Made by a program: the position numbers and the translations under genes. A stretch of DNA of 64,000 nucleotides, taken from positions 138,184 through 202,183 of the forward strand of contig CAWITY010000003.1 of assembly GCA_963839155.1 (NCBI GenBank). Direction: 5' to 3'. How positions within the stretch are numbered: position 1 is the stretch's first letter; every line of letters begins with the position of its first letter. The notes below the pieces were generated by a model. That model searched no databases and was not told where the DNA came from. It saw only the letters and a program-made list of their open reading frames with translations. Shown here one piece after another: positions 57,119 through 64,000 of the stretch. The DNA is from an uncultured Acidobacteriaceae bacterium (GTDB taxonomy: Bacteria; Acidobacteriota; Terriglobia; Terriglobales; Acidobacteriaceae).

Positions 57119-57486
57119 GCAGATCCTTCGGCTCACCCCCCCAGACTCCACCCCAAAGAGCAAAGACCGCTCTTTGGGGACCCCGGAACTCCACCCCAAA
57201 GAGCAAAGACCGCTCTTTGGGGACCCCGGAACTGAGAAGCGTCTGGGGCCCCGTTCGCTCCCAATGAACGGGCCGCAGTGGCCGTGTTTCGCATCGCCCC
57301 TACGGGGCTAGAACTCCTGTTTGACTTGCAACCCAGGACTGCGCTTCGCTTGTCCTCCACCCCGCGAACGAAGACCTGTTCGCGGGGACCCCGGCCTGGG
57401 CTATTCTCCTGACCTCCCTTCGGGAGGCTTTCGACCAGTTCATTCCCGGCCTAACTCGCATCGCGAGTCATTTGCTCAGAATGACA
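57119..57486. repeat. Nested cluster of palindromic REP-like elements
   Basis: 39-bp unit at 57148-57186 and 57191-57229; 38-bp relative at 57357-57394; outer GCAGATCCTTCG...GCTCAGAATGACA. Confidence 0.85.
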
Positions 57487-57542
57487 TCCTGATTAGGGGT
57501 TGAGGGGCGTCGAATGATGATGCGAACTTCTGTGACACCACA

Positions 57543-58733
57543 CTAGAGATTCTTCTCCGCCCACAGGCCGATGCGTTCGAGCGCCTTCTCCAGATTTTCC
57601 ATCGAGTTGGCCACACTGAAGCGCAGATAACCCTCGCCGAAACGGCCGAATGCGGTGCCTGAAAGCGCTGCCACCCCCGTCTGCTCCAGCAACGCATCCG
57701 CTAGCGGCTTGGACTGCCATCTGGTCTTGGTAATGTTCGGGAAGACGTAGAACGCTCCCTTGGGCATGATGCAGGAGAATCCTCTGATCCGATTCAAACC
57801 GGCCACAAAGAATTCGCTGCGCCGCTTGAACTCCGCGCACATGCGCTCCACCGGGCTCTGATCTCCCAGCAGCGCTTCAATCCCCGCCATCTGCGTAAAG
57901 CTGGCGGTGCACGAGTTCGAGTTGGTCATCAACCGCGTAATCTGAACCGCCAGATCCGCACGCATCACGCCGTAGCCCATGCGCCAGCCGGTCATCGCGT
58001 AGGTCTTCGAGAAGCCGTCCAGCAGGATTGTCCGCTCTTTCATGCCGGGCACGCTCATGATCGAGAACGGCTGGCCCTCGAACTGCAAGCGGCTGTAGAT
58101 CTCATCGGAGAGCACCATGATATTGCGCTCGCCCACAATGCGCGCCACCCGCTCGATCTCTTCGCGGTGCAGGATGCCGCCAGTAGGATTCTGCGGCGAA
58201 TTGAGGATGATCAGCCTTGTCCGATCAGTGATGAGCGCGGGCAGATCGTTGAAGTCCGGCGCAAATCCGCGCTCTTCGCGCAACTGGATAGGCACCGCTT
58301 TGCCGCCCACGTAGTTGATCATCGATTCGTAAATGGGAAATCCCGGATTGGGATAGATGACCTCATCCCCTTCGTCGATCAGCGCCAGCATGGTAAAAAA
58401 CATGATTGGCTTTCCGCCCGGCACTACAACCACTTCGTCCTGCGAGATCTCAACCCCGCGGCTGTGGCTCACAGAATGCGCAATGGTCTGCCGCAGCTCG
58501 GGCAGGCCGGCCGAGGGACCGTAGTGGGTCCATCCTTTGCGCAGCGCATCGACGGCCGCTTCCACTACATTGGCCGGGGTATCAAAATCGGGTTCTCCAA
58601 TTTCAAGATGAAGAATGCTCTTGCCCTGGCGCTCCAGCGCCTTTGCCTTGGCCAGAACCTCAAAAGCAGTCTCGGTGCCCAGCCGCGCCATGCGGCCGGC
58701 AAGTTGCAAATCGTACTGAGTGGCTTGTGCCAT
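57543..58733 (-). CDS. PLP-dependent aminotransferase class I/II
   Basis: IGEPDF, NSPQNPTG, SDEIY, GFSKTYAMTGWR.GY. Confidence 0.96.
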   Translation of the reverse strand: MAQATQYDLQLAGRMARLGTETAFEVLAKAKALERQGKSILHLEIGEPDFDTPANVVEAAVDALRKGWTHYGPSAGLPELRQTIAHSVSHSRGVEISQDEVVVVPGGKPIMFFTMLALIDEGDEVIYPNPGFPIYESMINYVGGKAVPIQLREERGFAPDFNDLPALITDRTRLIILNSPQNPTGGILHREEIERVARIVGERNIMVLSDEIYSRLQFEGQPFSIMSVPGMKERTILLDGFSKTYAMTGWRMGYGVMRADLAVQITRLMTNSNSCTASFTQMAGIEALLGDQSPVERMCAEFKRRSEFFVAGLNRIRGFSCIMPKGAFYVFPNITKTRWQSKPLADALLEQTGVAALSGTAFGRFGEGYLRFSVANSMENLEKALERIGLWAEKNL

Positions 58734-59010
58734 GACGACGAACCCTCCTGTACGCCGGGTGACCGGCAAGGTCCGGGGCGGAACACGCGATTCTCTCGAC
58801 GACCCAAGAATCCCCGCGGAACCTTGGAGTCGCGTTCGAACTGGCTCCCGAACCGGCGGGAATTATACGCCTCCCAACGCAGGCCGGGGAGTGACGCAAG
58901 ACCTCCCTCGAAGGATTGTTCTTTCTTTCCGCCAGCCGGACCAGGGACCCGGTCAACGGTCCGCGATCTGCTTCGTCTAATGCTGTGAGAGTGTGTACAC
59001 TTTGACCGTC

Positions 59011-60171
59011 ATGCAAAATCGATCGTTTCTTTGCTTTGCCGTCTCCCTGCTGGCCCTTCCCTGCCTGCCCGTCGCCACCCAAGCCCAGCACAACTCCTCG
59101 GAACAGCCCACCACAACCCTGAAAATGCAGGCGCGGGAGGTGCTGCTGCCGGTGACCGTGCGCGACAAGAAGGGCGCGCTAGTCACCAGCCTCAAGGCCG
59201 CCGATTTCACCCTGGCCAAGGATGGCCGTCCGCAAACCATCAAGAGCTTTACCAGAGAGACCAACTTGCCCTACCGGCTCGGCCTGCTGGTCGACACCAG
59301 CCGCAGCCTCTCCGAGGCCCTGGAGAGCGAACGCAAAGCTGCGGGCAAATTTGTCGACACCATGCTCCCCGCCGATCCCAAGACGAGCAAGGACCAGGCC
59401 TTCCTGATTCACTTCGACCGCGAAGTGGAACTGCTGGAGGACTTCACCACCTCCCGCGACAAACTGCACCGCGAATTGGACGACATGGGGCCGAGCCGGG
59501 CGGCACGCAACGACTCCCAAGGCCCTGAGACCAGCGGAGACGACCGCAGCCAGCGGCAGCACGGCAGCCGCGGCGGCACGCAACTCTATGACGCAATCTT
59601 CCTGGCCTCCGACGAACTGATGCGCCCCAAGGACGGCCGCAAAGCGCTTGTCGTCTTCTCAGACGGCATAGACCGCGGCAGCAAGGAGACCCTCAACGAC
59701 GCAGTGGACGCGGCTGACCGGGCCAACCTGGCTGTTTATACCATCTACTTCAAAGGGGAGCAGGAAAAGAGCCAGAACTTCGGCGGCCCCGGCATGGGCG
59801 GTGGACGCCATGGCGGCATGGGCGGCGGGGGTTATCCCGGAGGAGGGGGCGGATATCCCGGCGGTGGCGGAAGCGGACGGCGCGGCGGCGGAGGCGAGGA
59901 AAAGAAAGCCGAGGTAGATGGCAAGAAGATCATGGAGAAGATTGCTACCCGCACAGGAGGCCGCTACTTTGAGGCCAAGAAGAAAGATAACCTGGAAGAG
60001 ATCTATGGCCAGATCGCCGAAGAGCTGCGGGGCCAGTATCTGCTCACTTACACCCCTGACCTGGTAGACAAGGAAGGCGGCTTCCATAAGATCGCTCTCA
60101 AGGCCAACAAGGACGATCTGGTGGTAGTGACTCGCGAAGGCTACTACGCGCCGGGCGGGGATTCTAAGTAA
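59011..60171 (+). CDS. Exported VWA-domain protein (acidobacterial type)
   Basis: V.VRDKKG, DTSRS MIDAS, T.LYDAI, SDG.D, TGG, ELR.QY; Gly-rich loop. Confidence 0.9.
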   Translation: MQNRSFLCFAVSLLALPCLPVATQAQHNSSEQPTTTLKMQAREVLLPVTVRDKKGALVTSLKAADFTLAKDGRPQTIKSFTRETNLPYRLGLLVDTSRSLSEALESERKAAGKFVDTMLPADPKTSKDQAFLIHFDREVELLEDFTTSRDKLHRELDDMGPSRAARNDSQGPETSGDDRSQRQHGSRGGTQLYDAIFLASDELMRPKDGRKALVVFSDGIDRGSKETLNDAVDAADRANLAVYTIYFKGEQEKSQNFGGPGMGGGRHGGMGGGGYPGGGGGYPGGGGSGRRGGGGEEKKAEVDGKKIMEKIATRTGGRYFEAKKKDNLEEIYGQIAEELRGQYLLTYTPDLVDKEGGFHKIALKANKDDLVVVTREGYYAPGGDSK

Positions 60172-60798
60172 TTCATCGGCCCGGGGAGCGAGACCCATGT
60201 TGCCAGGCGGGCCAAGTCTCAGGATCGAGACATCTGGCGCCCGGCAATGGGGGAGAAGCCGGGCTCTTGGTTGAAATGCCGCGGAATGCGGAAATGACGG
60301 TCAATCCGCGGAACATTCTTCGACCGCGCCGGGGGCAAAGCCAACTCGGGCGGCACCGGTTTTCCTCACGGCATGCACCACGACTTTCACGCAACGCGCA
60401 ACGATGCTGCAAACGATAAAGAGCAAGAAAGCAAGGACCGCGGCCATAGTGCACTCTCCGATCCTTTCATCGGACCCGTTCAGCCGCTACTTTACTTACT
60501 TTTGTTATACTTGTGGTCCTTGCACCGGGATAAATGCCATCCTGCGGGATGAACAGTCCGCTCGGAATAGATTTGCGATTTCGGAGGAGACAGAGCGCTG
60601 GCTTTGCGCGTGGGATTGATCCCAGACGCGCCGAGGGCGCAGCCAATCGGCTGCGCCCTCGGTGTTAAGCCGGTCTGATGAGACTACAGCGGTTCCACAA
60701 TTGCTGCACCCCGAATCCACCGCTATCAAGTGGCATTTTCCTCAAGAAAATGCCACCTTGCAAGATGCCGGAAAGGGCATGTGAATTGTGGAGCCGCT

Positions 60799-63534
60799 CT
60801 AGCTGGTGCCGTGCATGTTCGGCCCGGTCATTTTCTCTTCGAGCGCCGCTTGCGCCGCCGCCAGCCGCGCCGTCAGCAGACGGAAGGGCGAGCAGGAAAC
60901 GTAGTTGAGCCCGATCTTGTGGCAGAACTTGACGGACTCTGGATCACCGCCGTGCTCGCCGCAGATGCCTACCTTGAGGGTGGGCCGGGTGTTGCGTCCC
61001 TTGGCCGTGGCCATCTTCACCAGCAAGCCTACGCCCGCCTGATCGAGGGTGGCGAAAGGATCCTGTTTGAAGATGCCCTGCTTGATGTAGGACGGCAGGA
61101 AGTGGTTGATGTCGTCGCGCGAAATGCCGAATGTGGTCTGGGTCAGATCGTTCGTTCCGAAGCTGAAGAACTCAGCCTCTTCGGCGATCTGATCGGCGGT
61201 GAGGGCAGCCCTCGGCAGCTCGATCATGGTGCCGACCATGTAGTCGACCGTCTCGCCCGTCTCCTTGAAGACATCCGAGGCGATACGGCGGACGATGGTA
61301 GCCTGATTGCGCATCTCTTCAATGGAACCGATCAGCGGAACCATGATTTCAAGGTGCGGATCGCCGCCCTGCTTCTTCACTTCGACCGCAGCCTCGAACA
61401 GTGCGCGAGCCTGCATCTCGGTGATCTCGGGGAAGGCGATGCCAAGACGGCAGCCGCGCAGGCCGAGCATGGGGTTGGTCTCGTGCAGTTCCTGGACGCG
61501 CGCCAGCAGCGGACGCAGTTCCTTGAGCCGCGGCGAACGGGGCTTGGTGTCTTCCAGGTGGGAGATCTCCACCAGCAGATCTTCGCGCTGCGGCAAGAAC
61601 TCGTGCAGCGGAGGATCGAGCAGGCGAATGGTCACCGGCAGCGACTCCATGGTCTTGAACAGACCGGCAAAGTCGGCACGCTGCATGGGCAGAAGCTTCA
61701 GCAGCGCTTCGCGGCGGTCCTTCTCGTTTTCAGAAAGGATCATGGTGCGCATGTGCCCGATGCGGTCCTCGGCAAAGAACATGTGCTCAGTGCGGCACAG
61801 TCCAATGCCTTCGGCGCCGAACAGGCGCGCCTGGGCTGCATCGCGGGGAACGTCGGCGTTGGCGCGAATGCGCAGCCGGCGAACCGGGTCGACCCAGCTC
61901 ATGAACTTGACCAGATCCGGATCGTCCGGCTGGGCAGGAAGCGTCTTGAGTTGACCGGCAATCACGCGGCCGGTGGTGCCGTCCAGCGAGATCCAGTCGC
62001 CCTGCTTGTAGACGTGGCCCTTGACGCGCAGTTCCTTGGCCTTTTCGTCAACGGTGCAATCGCCGGCGCCGGCCACGCAGCACTTGCCCATGCCGCGGGT
62101 GACGACAGCGGCGTGCGAGGTCATGCCGCCGCGCGAGGTGAGAATGCCCGCCGCCACTTCCATGCCGGCGATGTCTTCAGGCGTGGTCTCGCCGCGAACC
62201 AGAATGATGACCCGGTAAGCGCCGTTCTGGTGGAACTTCACGGCATCTTCCGCAGTGAAGACGATCTGGCCCACAGCCGCGCCCGGCGACGCCGGCAGGC
62301 CGGTGGCAAGAACTTCGACCTTCTCGCCCTTTTCCACCAGGCGGGGAACCAGGAAGTCGTACAGTTGGTTGGGCTCGACGCGGAAGATCGCTTCTTCCTG
62401 CGTGATCAGGCCCTCGCGGACCATGTCGATGGCGATGCGAACAGCGGCCAGGCCGGTGCGCTTGCCATTACGGGTCTGCAGCATATAGAGCTTGCCATCC
62501 TGGATGGTGAACTCAAAGTCCTGCATGTCCCGATAGTGCTTTTCCATCTTCCGCGTGATGTCGCGCAGATGCTCGTAAACCATCGGCATCGCGCGCTCAA
62601 GTTCACTGATCGACAGCGGCGTGCGAACGCCTGAAACCACGTCCTCGCCCTGCGCGTTCATGAGGTACTCGCCAAAGAAGATGTGCTCGCCGGTTGCGGG
62701 ATTGCGCGTGAAACCCACGCCCGTGCCTGAGTTCTCGCCCAAGTTGCCGAAAACCATGGCTTGCACGTTGACCGCTGTACCCAGCCAGTCGTCGATGTGA
62801 TTGATGCGCCGGTAGGTCTTGGCACGATCGTTCTGCCAGCTCCTGAAAACGGCGTCGCGGGCCTGGACCAGTTGATCCAGAGGGCCCTGCGGGAAGTCCT
62901 TGCCCGTCTCCTGACGGACCAGCTTCTTGTACTCGACGATGATTTCTTTCAACGCTTCAGGCTGGAGTTCGTAATCGAACTTCACAGCCTCGCGCGCCTT
63001 GACCGTGTCAAAAATGTGCTCGAACTTCTTCTTCGAGACATCGAGCACCACGTCGCCGAACATCTGAATCAGGCGGCGATAGGAGTCATAGGCGAACCGG
63101 GGATTGTTCGACAGCTTGGCCAGCGCTTCCACGGCCTGGTCGTTGAGACCCAGATTCAGAATCGTGTCCATCATGCCGGGCATGGAGAACTTGGCGCCGG
63201 AACGAACTGAAACCAGCAGGGGATTATCGCCGGTGCCCAGTTTTTGTCCCTGCAGCTTCTCCAGCGTGTCCAGGGCGGCGTACATCTCGATATCGATCGC
63301 CGGGCTCACTGCGCCGCGCATGTATTCGCGACAGGCCTCGGTCTGAATGGTGAATCCAGGAGGCACCGGCAACCCGGCATTGGTCATCTCCGCCAGGCCG
63401 GCGCCCTTGCCGCCCAACACATCCTTCATGCGGCCATTGCCGTCTGCCTTGCCACCACCGAAGAAGTACACATACTTCGTTGAAGTCGAGTCTGCTTGTC
63501 CAGCAGACGCCTGATCCACAGCGCCCTGCGTCAT
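60799..63534 (-). CDS. ppdK: Pyruvate, phosphate dikinase
   Basis: LGGKGA, LVSVRSGA.SMPGMMDT, GGMTSHAAVV, GLCRTEHM, GTNDLTQ, GICGEHGG. Confidence 0.98.
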   Translation of the reverse strand: MTQGAVDQASAGQADSTSTKYVYFFGGGKADGNGRMKDVLGGKGAGLAEMTNAGLPVPPGFTIQTEACREYMRGAVSPAIDIEMYAALDTLEKLQGQKLGTGDNPLLVSVRSGAKFSMPGMMDTILNLGLNDQAVEALAKLSNNPRFAYDSYRRLIQMFGDVVLDVSKKKFEHIFDTVKAREAVKFDYELQPEALKEIIVEYKKLVRQETGKDFPQGPLDQLVQARDAVFRSWQNDRAKTYRRINHIDDWLGTAVNVQAMVFGNLGENSGTGVGFTRNPATGEHIFFGEYLMNAQGEDVVSGVRTPLSISELERAMPMVYEHLRDITRKMEKHYRDMQDFEFTIQDGKLYMLQTRNGKRTGLAAVRIAIDMVREGLITQEEAIFRVEPNQLYDFLVPRLVEKGEKVEVLATGLPASPGAAVGQIVFTAEDAVKFHQNGAYRVIILVRGETTPEDIAGMEVAAGILTSRGGMTSHAAVVTRGMGKCCVAGAGDCTVDEKAKELRVKGHVYKQGDWISLDGTTGRVIAGQLKTLPAQPDDPDLVKFMSWVDPVRRLRIRANADVPRDAAQARLFGAEGIGLCRTEHMFFAEDRIGHMRTMILSENEKDRREALLKLLPMQRADFAGLFKTMESLPVTIRLLDPPLHEFLPQREDLLVEISHLEDTKPRSPRLKELRPLLARVQELHETNPMLGLRGCRLGIAFPEITEMQARALFEAAVEVKKQGGDPHLEIMVPLIGSIEEMRNQATIVRRIASDVFKETGETVDYMVGTMIELPRAALTADQIAEEAEFFSFGTNDLTQTTFGISRDDINHFLPSYIKQGIFKQDPFATLDQAGVGLLVKMATAKGRNTRPTLKVGICGEHGGDPESVKFCHKIGLNYVSCSPFRLLTARLAAAQAALEEKMTGPNMHGTS

Positions 63535-64000
63535 GGGATAAAGCCTCCGTATGTAGGATTCCGCGGGTGCGGCCCTTCCGAGTGGATGGCGGTACGGAGG
63601 CTCAACCAATCGACACAAGAAAACACGTCATTCGGCGGAGCACGTGCGCGTCATCCAGACATCCGACTGCGCCTCGCGGCATTCATAAGTCGCATCCACA
63701 AATAGCGCCCCAAGTATAGAGTTGCATGTGCTCAACATCACAGACGATTCGATTGCCAATATGGACACGTACTATCCTATGGCGATATTTGCCACATTAC
63801 GGTACACTCGCCAGCACAAATGCGAATTCGCCCCAGGAGTAACGAATTTCAAGCTGCGGGCCGCTCGGGATGAAGGGCGGTATATGGTTTTTCCACCATC
63901 ATATGGGACAGCAGGGCGCGATCCAAGCCCACCAATTCCAGTATCCCGGCCACTCTAGGAGATACTTTTGAAATCGTGAAGCAGTGCCCAGCCTCGCGCG

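Noticed and set aside
57148-57233. Two identical 39-bp palindromic repeats resembling a CRISPR array
   Set aside because: Only a 4-bp identical spacer, two copies and no cas genes; it is a tandem REP-like duplication.
58740-58870. Long leader with TATAAT upstream of the aminotransferase, possible riboswitch
   Set aside because: No recognisable aptamer consensus by eye; would need an Rfam covariance search.
59780-59900. Gly-rich GGGGYP repeats in the VWA protein
   Set aside because: Low-complexity loop; no sign of a separate element.
60730-62634. 634-aa plus-strand ORF
   Set aside because: Antisense shadow of ppdK, typical of high-GC codon bias; no motifs.

Overview
High-GC bacterial DNA, most likely Acidobacteriota (Terriglobia-like; inferred from the VWA-domain protein, REP-like repeats and gene set). 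Positions ~1-40361 are a lambdoid siphovirus prophage abutting the 3' end of tRNA-Val(TAC) at 40362-40438; its left end and any repressor lie outside the window. On the minus strand it runs: early/replication genes (metallopeptidase, HD hydrolase, sigma-4-like regulator, beta clamp, DUF1376 replication protein, DUF5131, C5 methyltransferase, MmcB-like nuclease), an internal P4-like integrase, a cosQ-like site, terminases, portal, protease-capsid fusion, two tandem tail-tube paralogues, G/GT chaperones, tape measure, M/L/K/I-J tail tip, fibre and a lysis cassette. Positions 40532-64000 are host genes (ChbG-like deacetylase, bshA, ABC efflux operon with TetR, cyaY, pstS, transketolase, aminotransferase, VWA protein, ppdK). 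Most notable: (1) a fixed-spacing 37-bp late-promoter motif at four sites, three ending exactly at a start codon (leaderless); (2) single in-frame stop codons in the endolysin and an early HTH gene; (3) plain plus domain-decorated tail-tube paralogues; (4) an HTH-metallophosphoesterase coupled inside the lysis cassette; (5) the early operon starting 37 bp after the tRNA; (6) small palindromic repeats nested in one another and inserted in frame in host genes; (7) a chimeric HTH-receiver gene coupled to an NDT/TIR-like gene. All family calls come from motif recognition by eye; no database search was run.
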